Source of the DNA: an uncultured Planctomycetota bacterium
GTDB taxonomy: Bacteria; Planctomycetota; Planctomycetia; Pirellulales; Lacipirellulaceae
Direction: 5' to 3'
DNA: 64,000 nt
Assembly (NCBI GenBank): GCA_963719315.1
Contig: CAVRBU010000002.1
Location: forward strand, 1,760,001 to 1,824,000
Numbering within the stretch: the first letter of the stretch is position 1; each line of letters begins with the position of its first letter. This document shows positions 32,001 to 43,131 of this stretch, one piece after another. The position numbers and the translations under genes were made by a program. The notes under the pieces were generated by a model that ran no database searches, was not told the origin of the DNA, and saw only the letters and a program-made list of their open reading frames with translations.

Positions 32001-35000
32001 CGCAATAGATCGTTAACGAATAGCGGCCGGGTTGGTCGATTTCGACGGCGCATACGCGTGCCGATTCGCGCCAAGTAAGCGGCACGGGTACGCCGTCGAG
32101 CATCGCGGTCGGTTGCCAGTTGGCATCGTCGCGGACCAGCGGGAGCAAGATCGCCGTGTCGCGGGAGAGCGTTTCGATCGAGAAAGTTAGTGCCCATGTC
32201 CCCGCATTGACCTCCGCGCGGTCGCGACTCTCAACCAATTCTCCGGAGTAACTCGCGCCGAGAAGCAGCCATTGGCCATCGGTTTGGGCTCGATCCGTGG
32301 CGGAGCCGAGCAGCTCTCGGAGGAACCGCTCGCTCAAGTAATACTTGGTGCCCGTCGGATGATGGGTCGAATCAATGGGAATCAACACGCGTTCGATTTG
32401 TGCGGTGGAAAGTACGGTGCGCGTCGGAGGTTGTGATAGGACCGGCTGAGCGAATGTGGCTCGTGCTAAACCGACAATGGCAGCGATTACCAAGATGCCG
32501 GCGGTGCCGATTCGATTGCGAAAGCCATTAGAGGCTAGCTCCGGCGTTAGCAGTCTTCTCGGCCATTCTGCCAGTTGGGAGCACACGAAGCCCCACATCG
32601 CGCCGGTTGCCAAAGGTGCGAACGCCGCGGGCAGGAGCAGGGCCATTATCGCGGCAAATGCCGTCAGACCGATCAGCACCATGCCGCGTTCGCGGCACAA
32701 CCAGCGGCCGAGTAGAAACGTTGCGAGCAAGATGGCCACTGACCAAGCCGCGGTTGCGGGCGGGTGTAGGACGACGACGGGTTCCGGCGCGCCGTTGGCC
32801 ACGAACGTTTCTCGAAACGACTGCCAACCGGGCAGCGATAAGCCGGACAATAAGTTTGACTTGGACGTGCTTACGGAAGTTGTGCTCGATCCAGCCGCGG
32901 ACGGGGTAGTTAACGACTCGGAATCGAACGAGACGCGCGGTGCGGCGTCTTTCGGGGCCGCAGGGGGCGGTGTCGGCGTTTCCCAATCGACGAGACCGTT
33001 GATCAGATGCGCCGAATCGGCTGGCCGAAGCGGGTGGAACGGCGGCGCGTCTTTCGCCCGCGCGAGCGGTCCGAATAGCCGTTGACGCCAGCCGAATGAA
33101 CCGTTGTCTCGCCGAGTGTCAGTTTCGGCAGTAAAGCCTTCAGGCAACCAAATCTTCCATTCACCGGCCAATAGAGGAACGCCACTTTCGATGATCGGCG
33201 GACGGATGCTGCTGCCGGCTGAAAGCGAAGTGCCTTGGGTTTCGAAGTAGATCGAGACGGTCGCCGACCGCGATTGAGGCGACAAACGAATTGAACCCGT
33301 CACGGTGCCGCTCTCGGCAATAGACGGACCGAGCGTTTGACCGTTCAGCGAGATGGAGGCCAGCTTTGCCTCGGGTGGCAGCGACGGTTTGAATTTGTCG
33401 GCGCCGTAGTTTTCGAGTTGGTACGTCGCCCGGTGTGCTCCCCGGCCATCCGGCCAATAGAAGGACTCCAGATCCAGATAGCGAATCACGAGGGTACTGG
33501 CGCCACCGTCGGCGCCGGGGCCGATCCACAATCGGGGTGCGTGCGAGGGCTGCAGGCAATCGGTCGGATTGTATCGATATGCGACGCGAATCGGCGACGC
33601 GTCGTCGGTCCGAGCAATACTTGGTTCGACGAGCGGCAAAGAAGCCGGTGTGAGGCCGTCCGACTCAATGGCAGGAGTTACGTTGATACTACTGCGCACC
33701 AGCGCGCGGCCGTGTTGCTCAACGGCATCCGGCAGCGCCAGTAGCGGCACGCTCCCGCGTTTTGGCCAGGCGGTTGTCGTGGAACCTGCGACTTCGATCG
33801 CGCCGGTGGTCGGCTGAGATAATTGCAACCGCCAAAGTTCGCCGTTTTCGGGAAGACCCTTGTATTGCGGGTCATCGGCCGGCAGGCGGACTGCGGCAAT
33901 GGGCAAGTCGGTTGTTTTGTCGGTCCAACGAATGTTGTTGCCGAGTCGCGCTGTAGAGTAAATGAGCAGTCGATCGACGGCGTTCACCTGGGGTTGTGCC
34001 GCAACGTGGTATTGTTGCCGCAACTCGTTGCCGGCATAGCAGGCATCGACCTCGACTTCGGCCGTGAACGCACCGCGCTTGAACGAAAGCTGCAGACCGG
34101 CGCCTTTCCCCGCGTGAGCGAGGTCCACGATCCGGCCGTCTTCGTCGGCTTTATCGAGTAGCTCGCGATCGGCATCCGTGATCGCCTCGCGGCGAGCACC
34201 GGCAAGTCGCCGACCGATTCGATCGTAAATGGCTCGGAAGATTGGAAAGCAAGCAAATGCCGTGCGACGCGCGCGCCGGACCAATGTACCATTCGTAGCG
34301 TGTCGGCCGGGATCGGCTCGGCCAGGCTGAATCGCTGCAGACGGCCCATTACGATTACTGAGATTTTGCGGGCCGGGCTAGCCGCATCCGTCAACTGAAT
34401 CTCTAGTCGCCGGTGATTGCCGCGGCGATCGATGAACCACTCAGCCATGGCGTCAGCCGGGATAGTTTCCACTGTTTCCACGTTCCAGCCAGCGGCAATC
34501 TCGCCACTCAGCCGGTGGAGAGTGCTGTGGGACACGTTCCACTCGGTCACGAGCCGGCCGCTCACGTCCTGGTCGGCCAGGACGAGCGATGAGCCAATGT
34601 TGATTTTGGCATCGGGCTGGCGACGTGAAATCGCAACTTCCAGCTTTGCATCGGGAGAATTCTCGAGCAAAGAATACGTCTCGGGACCCGAAGCGTCGGG
34701 ACCGATTTGAGTCGCGCCAATTTGCGTGCAATCGAGCGGACTCAAAACCTTGAGTTCGAACTGAGCATCAATCGACAACTCTAGTTTGCCGGAGCTCCAG
34801 AACACTCCCTCCGGACGCAATTCGGGCAACTGCCAGGGGCGATCGAGAACGAGTGGATACCATGCGCTGACGACAAGTTGCAGCGGCGCTCGATCGGCCT
34901 CGGTTGGCAGCACGATGACGGCCCGATCGGACGACGAGTTCGATCCGCGGGCAATCTTCCAGCTCAGTTCGCGATGGTCGGCCACGACCGACGTGATTTG

Positions 35001-35962
35001 CGCCCTGCGCGGAAGCGGCACCTTCAAGTCGCGTTGCTGGCCAGCCGAGCCTTCCAAAGTCCAGCCGGCGGTGACCTCAAGCCCGCGCTGTTCAATGCTG
35101 TAACTGGTCGCTTCATGCAGCGCGAGTTGATCGACCGACTCCACCGGTGTTTTACGCTTGGTTGCGATCCGCAAGATGGTATCGGAAGATGGGCTGAGGG
35201 CCAGCACCCAACGACGCCGTGTCTTGTTTTCGGACGCGGCAGCGGACGCTTCCGCAGGCGATTCGAGCACGGTTGCCCCGTCTATCATCGGCACTTTGCC
35301 GTCCGGCAAGTCGAGCTTCAGACGACTGGTTGCGGCGATGGGCGCCCGCCAAGGGATTTCGATCTCATCGTGTTGAGTTTGCGTCGGCGCGGCCCACTCA
35401 AATTCCAGGACGCCGGACCGAGGAACTTCCAACCCCAGTCGCTCGGCCACTCGCTCGGCTGCGCCCAGACTCCGAGCCGCACCGGTTGTTGGGCGGCGCT
35501 TTGCCAGCGCGGCTCGCGGACGGCGAACGACAGTCGCCCGAGCGGCAAGAGTGACGGCTTATCACCGCGGAAAGAAACTGTCCATTGACCGTGGCCATGA
35601 AAGCGGCCGTCATTTTCCAGCGTAGCCACGTATTCGGCAGCGTCGATCGTGGCGGCCGCCCCGCGCGCAATCGCCGCCTGGTTGGCGGCGACGACCCAAG
35701 CCTCGAAATCGTGCGCTTCGACGGGAATATACTTCTCACCGTCTCGCGGCCAGGCTTCGACATTGGCGGCGGGTACGAATATGCGCCGGTAGGCGATGGG
35801 CGACTCGATTGGCGTCGAAGTTTCCGCTCCCGCCGCGGACACAATGGTTGTGCAATGCGACAGGACGAGAGCCATGAACAAACATCCGGCTGCGGTCAAC
35901 GCGGCATGCCGCCCGTGGATCGGTGCGTTCAGGACGCCGGTTCGGAAGTTCACTTTGCGCAT
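29092..35962 (-). CDS. Very large (about 2290 aa) uncharacterised envelope protein, split by two apparent 1-bp deletions
   Basis: Three overlapping ORFs (35318-35962, 33984-35450, 29092-34284) join if one base is added near 35450 and one near 34190. It has a signal-like N-terminus plus internal and C-terminal TM clusters. Confidence 0.75.
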
Positions 35963-35968
35963 AGCGGA

Positions 35969-38900
35969 TCATCGCTCGGAGTCCGAAAGGCGGAGAGAAG
36001 CGGTAGGCGCCGTGCTGGCCGCGGAAATTACGGGAGACATCATGATCGAATCGGTGCGCGGCGTCACCATGCGTTGCGAACTGGGCGATACGACCGGCGC
36101 GATCGGCATGCGGGCTGGTCGCGCGAAGATCCGCGAGAGAACAGCCGATAGAATGGCGAACACCAGGCCGATCGCGGAGGCCTGGGCCAATAGCAATGCG
36201 GCTGTGGGATACGCAATTGCCGCGGCGGCAATCAGGCCGACGCTAATCGCGAGAATCCAATTTCGGCGAGCGACAGGTACGTACAGCCAGGCGGTCACCA
36301 GCGCCAGCACGGCAGCGGAAGCCGCCAACACGATGAGCCAGCGCGGGCCGGTGACCAGCTCGATCGAGGCTACGGGTAGCAGGCCGGTGAATAGATATTG
36401 ATTTTGAGCTTCGGCCGGGGCCGGCTGTTCCGATGCGCCGACCCAATCTTCAAGTTGCTGCTGCGACTTAAGAGGCTGCCGACCCCAGAACGTGGCCAAC
36501 CATTGCCACTGGCTGGCTGACGCAAATTGCTCCGGCGAATATACGATGTGCTCGTCGCCCGGCAGCACGATGTGCCAATACACTTGGGAGAGCGCGGTCG
36601 AGCCTTCGATTTGCGGCGGTGTCAGGCGATGACGGGTCAGCAGGCTATGCCGATAAGGTGGACGGTATCGCAATTCCAGCGTGTGCGACGTCACGATTGA
36701 ATTAGCTCCGTCCGTGGAACTGGCGGCCGGTTGCGGAACTCGGACTACGATGCGGCCTGGAGTGCGCGAGAGCACGTCGGCCGGTTGACGATCGACGAGC
36801 AACTCGAATTCAGCCGTCAGCGCATCGGGCGGCAATTCGATGGTAGTTTGACTTCCGGACGTTCGAAAACGAAAGGCGGCCCGGTCCTGTTGCACGTCGT
36901 TGGACAACCAGGTTTGCAACCACACGCGGTCAACAATCGTGGTAGTCGTTGAGTCCGACCGGCCGGCGCGGAGCGTCAATGGCAAATGCAACTCCGGAGA
37001 ATCGGCCACGAAAGAGTTCGCGGAATTGAGTGTGCTGCTCTCTCCGGGCGAGGAAGCTGATTTCCACGAGGTTTCGTCGCTGCTCGAACTGAGCCCAACA
37101 GCGAGGCTGCGCGGTGCGCGAACTGTGACTTGATGGGACGCAAGCTTACCATCGGCCGGAAGAACGAGTGGAATCCTCCATTCGGAATCCGCTGTGCCGG
37201 CGCGTGGTTGCGGACGGCGATAACGAATCCGAACCGCGAATCGGCCGATATGCGGCTGGGGCAACATGACGCGCAACTGTTGCGTTCCGAGCTGCGATGG
37301 CGTCGCGTACTCGTCGTCGATCGGATTCAAGTGCAGCGGAGTGCCCTGCTCATCGGATTTCGTATCGTTTATGGGATTGGCAGTGAGGAGTTGCAAATCA
37401 AAACTTTCCGCTTCGGGCAATAGGTCATCCGGCACTTCGAAAACGAGTTCCGTGATAGGCTCGTAGCGGACGGTATATTCGATGCGCTGGTCGATTTGGG
37501 CCATATCTTGAGCGACGTCGATCTGAGTCTTAGACTGCGTGCCCACGTCGCGCGACCGGCTGACCCGGTCGGCTACGAAGATGGCGTTGGGCAGCAGCGT
37601 GCGAAAATGAAGTTCGGCCCCGCTGTCGCTCGTTGCCGAGGGGGCCGTCGGCGGGACCGGCGCGGCGGAGATTCCCGTTGAGTTCGACAGGTCGGGCAGC
37701 AGGTCGATGTCGGGCGCCGTCCGCACAATTAGTTCGCCGGTGCCGACAGAATCGGCCACGGGTACAGGCAACGACAACTCGAGCCGCGACGAATCGTGCG
37801 TCGTGGGGCGGCGAAGCGAAAACGCGATCTCTGCGCGGCGCGACGATGCTTGCGCCAGTGGCAACACGAGCGTGCATCTCTCTCTGTCTAATTCTTTTTC
37901 TCTTTCTACCGTGATTCGGTCCTGATCCACTAGCCCGCCTGATTCGACAGGGTCGCCCGTTATCTCCCAGCCGCTTAGATCGACGCGAAATTCGAACGCC
38001 CGCGAACCAAATACCTGGTAGGCCAATCGAACGGTCAACCGAGATTCCTCGGGCAGGCATTCGAGTTCGAATTTCGGCATCACGTGAACGCGCAATTGGC
38101 GCGGCGTCACGCGGACATTAAGCGCCCACGGTTGACGATCGTATTGAAACGCGGCGGTCGGACTAATCGACTGCAATGAGGGATCGAGTTCGTTCGGATC
38201 GACCTGTCGCACATAAGAACCAATAGTCCAGCGGGCTTGCCAGTCGTCGGCCACGTTGAGCGCGACGTCGCCGAACTGTCGCACCGCGCCGAGCACCTCG
38301 AAGCCTGCGAGGCTGACTTCCTGCCCATGGTCTTCGACACTGCCCGACTGTTCGGTGGCCAGGTCCACGATGACGGGGCCTTGTTGTTTTTCCGGCAACT
38401 CCATAACGGCGATTTGTCGGGGGACCTCTTTGTCGTTTTTGGAGGGCGCCGAATCGGGCTCAACTCGGATTCGATACTTCGCATCTTGCCTTCCCGAAGC
38501 TTCGGGACGAGCTTGAATAAGTTGTGCACCGGCCGGCAATCGCACGCGAAACTGGTCGAACGCGCCGCCAAAACTCCGAACGGTCAATCGCGCGTCGCTG
38601 CGGACGCCGCGGCCATCGATTGTAACGCGAATTGCGCCGAGTGCATTGAGTAAGGAGGTAAGAACGGGCGAATCTTTGCTTGTGGATTGCCAAGTGAGGC
38701 GAAACAGCCCGGCCGGGCCAGCGACTTTGATGTTCGTTTCGCCGCCGGCCGTGGGTTCCTGTAAAAGCACAGCGCCGGCAGTCGCGCGAGCCTCGGAGAT
38801 CGCCCCGTCAATCGTCAGGCTTAGTTGCGATTCCAGCGACCGGGGGCAATTGATGGGCAATGTGGTTTCCCCGCCGTCGTGCTGGAGCGGTACGATCAGG

Positions 38901-39574
38901 CCGAATGAGATCGTGCGGTGCTCACCGGCGCGCCCCGTAAGGCGGGCGACGAATCCGCCATGGTCGGGATCGTACGTGAGGAAATCATCATCGCTGTTTT
39001 TCTTAGCGATAGTACCTGTTGCAGCTTTGGTTTTGTCGTCGCTCGGCATGTCGCGGCCGAAATGCGGCTCGCCTTGCAGAATTGCGCCGACCAGGCCGAG
39101 CGGAATGTCGGCCGGGCCGTCGGAGATCAGCCGAACGGTCGCATCAAACTTGAGCTCAGCCCGTTGGCCGTGGGTACGGCCCGTAAATTGGATGGCCTCG
39201 ATCGTGAAGCCGGGCTGGTTGTCGGCGGTATTGGGCTGGTTGAGTTTTTTCCAGGCGGCCAAGAAATCCTCGTAAGTCATGCCGGGCATGGGCTGAGGAT
39301 GGCCGGCGGAATCAAGCAAGATGTATGTGTCGGGTCCGACATACTGTATTCGTCCACCGGAAGGGGCAGCCAACGGCTGCAGGCTGGTATCGGGCGACTT
39401 CCTGGATTCGGTGTCGTCGGCTGCGGCGGCGGGCGGCCTGATGGGTGGGGCAGACTCTTGGCCATTAACGACTTGTGCCAACCACGGAACTGCGAGCACG
39501 ACGGTCGCGATGAACCGCTGCCACTTTCGCGGCGCCGCAAGGCTAATGTCGCGACTGATTTTGGGCTGGTTCAT
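35969..39574 (-). CDS. Large (about 1200 aa) uncharacterised envelope protein with a C-terminal TM cluster
   Basis: Long ORF with a signal peptide, beta-rich repeats and three C-terminal hydrophobic helices. It ends 6 bp before the next gene. Confidence 0.8.
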   Translation of the reverse strand: MNQPKISRDISLAAPRKWQRFIATVVLAVPWLAQVVNGQESAPPIRPPAAAADDTESRKSPDTSLQPLAAPSGGRIQYVGPDTYILLDSAGHPQPMPGMTYEDFLAAWKKLNQPNTADNQPGFTIEAIQFTGRTHGQRAELKFDATVRLISDGPADIPLGLVGAILQGEPHFGRDMPSDDKTKAATGTIAKKNSDDDFLTYDPDHGGFVARLTGRAGEHRTISFGLIVPLQHDGGETTLPINCPRSLESQLSLTIDGAISEARATAGAVLLQEPTAGGETNIKVAGPAGLFRLTWQSTSKDSPVLTSLLNALGAIRVTIDGRGVRSDARLTVRSFGGAFDQFRVRLPAGAQLIQARPEASGRQDAKYRIRVEPDSAPSKNDKEVPRQIAVMELPEKQQGPVIVDLATEQSGSVEDHGQEVSLAGFEVLGAVRQFGDVALNVADDWQARWTIGSYVRQVDPNELDPSLQSISPTAAFQYDRQPWALNVRVTPRQLRVHVMPKFELECLPEESRLTVRLAYQVFGSRAFEFRVDLSGWEITGDPVESGGLVDQDRITVEREKELDRERCTLVLPLAQASSRRAEIAFSLRRPTTHDSSRLELSLPVPVADSVGTGELIVRTAPDIDLLPDLSNSTGISAAPVPPTAPSATSDSGAELHFRTLLPNAIFVADRVSRSRDVGTQSKTQIDVAQDMAQIDQRIEYTVRYEPITELVFEVPDDLLPEAESFDLQLLTANPINDTKSDEQGTPLHLNPIDDEYATPSQLGTQQLRVMLPQPHIGRFAVRIRYRRPQPRAGTADSEWRIPLVLPADGKLASHQVTVRAPRSLAVGLSSSSDETSWKSASSPGESSTLNSANSFVADSPELHLPLTLRAGRSDSTTTTIVDRVWLQTWLSNDVQQDRAAFRFRTSGSQTTIELPPDALTAEFELLVDRQPADVLSRTPGRIVVRVPQPAASSTDGANSIVTSHTLELRYRPPYRHSLLTRHRLTPPQIEGSTALSQVYWHIVLPGDEHIVYSPEQFASASQWQWLATFWGRQPLKSQQQLEDWVGASEQPAPAEAQNQYLFTGLLPVASIELVTGPRWLIVLAASAAVLALVTAWLYVPVARRNWILAISVGLIAAAAIAYPTAALLLAQASAIGLVFAILSAVLSRIFARPARMPIAPVVSPSSQRMVTPRTDSIMMSPVISAASTAPTASLRLSDSER

Positions 39575-39818
39575 TGCGCCAAGCGGCCTCGCGTCTCGAA
39601 ACGCTTCCAGAGTGCGCAAGAACGCGCGGAAATAGGACAAGGATTTGAGAAGGGAGCACGCGTAGAACCCGCTGAACAGCAATCCGAGTTACGCGGTGGA
39701 ATCTGCACAATTCATTTTACTCATGGCGGAAGCTTCGCGAAACCTTTTCGTCACAAGCCAATTGGCAGGAAACGTGGGAAAACACTCGATTCTCCCTAGA
39801 AGCCGCCGCAGTTGAAGG

Positions 39819-40622
39819 TTACTGATGCGAATAGGGCGTTAGGGCGTCGAGCAGTTCACTGTGCAGCGAAGGAGTCGAGGCGGCCGCAAAGTGGGGGTTC
39901 CACAAGTCGAATTCGGCCCCGCTGCGAGCAGTGACGATCCCGCCAGCTTCGCGGACCAGAAGGACTCCGGCGGCCACGTCCCAGGGGTGAATGTGTGTCG
40001 CCCAGAAGGCGTCGAGTGCTCCGACCGCGACGTGGGCCAAATTGAGTGCCGCAGAGCCGGAACGCCGGACTGCCTGGCAGAGTTGCACAATCTCGATGAA
40101 ATCGAGCAAGTCGGGCGAATGACGCTCAACCCGAGCCGGCAAGCTTACGCCAAGGAGCGAATCGGCAACTCGAGTTGTGGCGCTGACTCGTAATCGGGTG
40201 CCATTGCACCATGCGCCACGACCGGCGGCGGCGGAGGAGCATTCGTCACGGAGCGGGTCGTAAATGACGCCAACCAGCAATTCCTGGCCACGGGCGAGGG
40301 CCACAGAAACCGCGTAGTTTGGGTAGTTATGTACATAATTCGTCGTTCCATCGAGCGGATCGACGACCCAGGTTAATTCGTCTGCCCGCCTCAAAAATGA
40401 GCCAGTCGATTGTTCTTCGCCAAGGAAAGCGTGCTCGGGGTAGCGGGAGGCGATTACGGCCTGGATCGCTTTTTGTGATGCAAAGTCGCCATCGGTCACC
40501 AGGTCGCAGACGCCTTTCTCGCTGGTTTGGAAGCGACCACGCCAGTCGAGCAATTGCTGACCACCGGCGCGGGCTGCGGCCTCACACGTTTCAAGCCAGT
40601 CGTCAAACAACTCACAAGTCAT
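39819..40622 (-). CDS. suhB: Inositol monophosphatase family protein
   Basis: DLVT, GEE, WVVDPLDGTTNY, RRSGSAAL and WDVAAG. Confidence 0.93.
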   Translation of the reverse strand: MTCELFDDWLETCEAAARAGGQQLLDWRGRFQTSEKGVCDLVTDGDFASQKAIQAVIASRYPEHAFLGEEQSTGSFLRRADELTWVVDPLDGTTNYVHNYPNYAVSVALARGQELLVGVIYDPLRDECSSAAAGRGAWCNGTRLRVSATTRVADSLLGVSLPARVERHSPDLLDFIEIVQLCQAVRRSGSAALNLAHVAVGALDAFWATHIHPWDVAAGVLLVREAGGIVTARSGAEFDLWNPHFAAASTPSLHSELLDALTPYSHQ

Positions 40623-40986
40623 GTTTGCACTGCAATGGAAAAGTCTTGCGCAAAGGTGCGGAGGAGCGAATGTATTGATGAGAATGTATCACCACGACGG
40701 CACGGGGAGCACGACGAAAAACTGGAGTCAAATTTATCCGGTTTGCAAATGTCCAGTTCGACGTGCTGTTGTAGTCGGCGGCGGACCCTATATGCGTCTC
40801 GGAGATATTGCGTGAAAACGCCTGCTTTTTTGCTTTCAGCGGTTCAATTGATAAGGTTTGGCTGGGTTTGCCGTAAACTGCTAATCTGTAAGGATTAATA
40901 GCGACTTAGGCACTTCGGTTCAAAATAGCCGAACTTTTTTTGCTCAAACGCTGGACACGACAAGCGAAATGGGTATCATCGTTTAT

Positions 40987-41137
40987 GGGACAGCAGTAGG
41001 ACTTGTCTACCGGGATTAAAGATCACGTTTGTGGAAGGCGATTGCCTAATATTCTTCATCCCCACGCTCGGTAACAACGGCCTCTTCTCTGTTCCGGCCC
41101 CGTCGAAACATCCTTGCGGTGTTCGACGGGGTTTTTT
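40987..41137 (+). ncRNA. Candidate structured small RNA (rod-like hairpin plus terminator)
   Basis: Upstream TGGACA-16bp-TATCAT. Nested pairings GGGACAG/CTGTTCC, TTGT-TACCG/CGGTA-ACAA, GGGAT/ATCCC and GAAG/CTTC, followed by a terminator. Confidence 0.55.
41098..41137 (+). terminator. Intrinsic terminator
   Basis: CCCCGTCGAAACA...TGTTCGACGGGG followed by TTTTTT. Confidence 0.8.
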
Positions 41138-41206
41138 ATTGGTTTCTTCGCGCGGTGCCGTGCTAAACGCGAATTCCTAACTCAGTTGCAACTCGAGGCC
41201 TGAGTC

Positions 41207-42013
41207 ATGGACGACACCACAAGCTCACGCAGCGTTTGGTCGCTGCACGGCACGATTGGCAACCTCGATTGTGGCGAACTTTCGGGCGAATTAGATGTTG
41301 CGAGGCCATATCGAGGATTGCACCAGAGTGCGTTCGATCACGAGCGCGTTCCGCTTCTGATTTTCCGCACGCGCAGGAGCCCCGCGGTGCGCTCTGCAGG
41401 AGGAGCGGCGAAAGATCGAAATAGTGATTCATTCCAGTGGCCGTTGCCGGTTGCTGATGCATATGTCCGCGTTAACGATCTCGTCGCGACTTATCACCCG
41501 ACCAACGACTGGCCCTACTTGCCGCAGCTCTATTGGCAAGCCCAGACACTTCAATCGGTCGAAGGCGTGCTGGCCTCGTTGTCGCAATTGGTTTCCGTGC
41601 AGACTCATTTGCTTGACACGTATCCGAAGATCAACATTTCTTCGCAAGTTCCCAGCAATGAGTCTCTTTGCATTACAATTGGCGAAGATGGCCACGCGAA
41701 TATCGAACCCGCAAATCTAGTGACAACGATAGCACCGACCGGATCGACATTCTGTGTGCTGTGGCGAATGTCAGCGGCGCAGGTAAGCTACGTCGAAATC
41801 GCATCTTCTCCCGATGTTCGCCATATCGCGTTCTTGCCTGGTACGAAAGGCGAATTGATTGCCGAATGGCACGTTTTTGCGGACTTTCTTGAGAAGGGCG
41901 TGATTCGCCGAGCGCGCGTGCACGGCGCGCTTTTGCCGCGGAAGAACGATGTGGAACTGGCGCTCGAATGCTGCCGGGCGATAGAGCAATGTCCGCTGCC
42001 GCTCACGACTTGA
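41207..42013 (+). CDS. Conserved hypothetical protein
   Basis: 268-aa ORF with protein-like motifs DAYVRVNDLVATY, FLEKGVIRRAR and a C-terminal PLPLTT. Confidence 0.7.
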   Translation: MDDTTSSRSVWSLHGTIGNLDCGELSGELDVARPYRGLHQSAFDHERVPLLIFRTRRSPAVRSAGGAAKDRNSDSFQWPLPVADAYVRVNDLVATYHPTNDWPYLPQLYWQAQTLQSVEGVLASLSQLVSVQTHLLDTYPKINISSQVPSNESLCITIGEDGHANIEPANLVTTIAPTGSTFCVLWRMSAAQVSYVEIASSPDVRHIAFLPGTKGELIAEWHVFADFLEKGVIRRARVHGALLPRKNDVELALECCRAIEQCPLPLTT

Positions 42014-42030
42014 TCCGACCTCGACACAGC

Positions 42031-42669
42031 TTATCGCCGCCGGCGTCGACGGGCGGGCGCCTTGGCAGGTCGGCGGATTTGGCTCGCACCGTTGCCGTTC
42101 GAAGTGCTCGCCTTGTTGTCGGTCTCTCCGCTGTTGGACGATACCAGATGGATCTTGTCCAATTCGACCAGCTCGGCCATGCCGGCTTCGGCCAATTCAC
42201 GGCCAGAAACGTATCGGCCGGGGCTGATCCATTTGCGCATCATTTCAGGTGATACACCGAACAATTCGGCCAATAGGGAATCCATGTCTTGTTCAAGTTG
42301 GCCGAAATGTCGGGCCCATTCCGACGCTTCGGCAAGACCTACGTTCTCTTCACTTTGCCAGCGCATCGGATGAAACAGCATGACGCTGAACGGCGTGACG
42401 ATGCGGCGATGGCAAGCGGCGAATGGCCAGAGTGTGGCCGACGAGCATTCGCCCGTGACGATGCCCGTCGCCTTCAAGCGGCGGAGTTTAATGAGCGTCA
42501 TCAGCGAGACGGCGCAATAGGGGCTGCCGCCGGGCGAATCGAAGTAGATGGTACACTCGCCGCCGGGCTCGATGCCAAGGAGCCGATCGGTCAGCTCGGC
42601 TTCGCTGTCGGTCAGGTCACCGACGATTGCGACTTCAACCGGTCCCTCATCCTCTTCGCGATCGCTCAT
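42031..42669 (-). CDS. ClpP-like protease subunit
   Basis: IYFDSPGG, GECSSA (catalytic Ser position) and MLFHP (catalytic His position). Confidence 0.75.
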   Translation of the reverse strand: MSDREEDEGPVEVAIVGDLTDSEAELTDRLLGIEPGGECTIYFDSPGGSPYCAVSLMTLIKLRRLKATGIVTGECSSATLWPFAACHRRIVTPFSVMLFHPMRWQSEENVGLAEASEWARHFGQLEQDMDSLLAELFGVSPEMMRKWISPGRYVSGRELAEAGMAELVELDKIHLVSSNSGETDNKASTSNGNGASQIRRPAKAPARRRRRR

Positions 42670-43131
42670 AGCGTCGAAACCTTATGTAGCCGAAGTGCCC
42701 CAAAGAAGATCGTCGCCGTGCCGAATGGCCAATCCCGCGCAATTTGCCAGTTCCACACGAATTGGAAACCCCGGTGGCCGGGTCGGCGGCCACTATCGCA
42801 ACATGTCTCCCATTCTAGGGAAGTTGCCGAAGTCGTGCCAGTTTTCGGCGATGTTTTGGCCCCTAATTCGTGCTGGCGGACGAATCCACCGGTGTTTTCG
42901 CTACAACCGGCGGTTTGGGTGCTCTCAGAGTGCCGGCATTGATTGCAGGGCAAGCCGGCAGGTACTGGAAGGGGATGCTCCAGTGCTTAAGAAGTCATGG
43001 GCCTGGCGGCCGAAGCTGCGCGTGGTGGTCATTAGCCGGCCGAATGATCGTTTCTCGATGGTCCGCCGTTTGCCTATAATGATGCAAGCTATTAAGTTTG
43101 CTGTCCTATTTGTTGCGTCTTGGGCGAGCCC

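Noticed and set aside
29081..39799. Many plus-strand ORFs of 100-290 aa opposite the giant genes
   Set aside because: These are typical high-GC antisense shadows without RBS or motif support.
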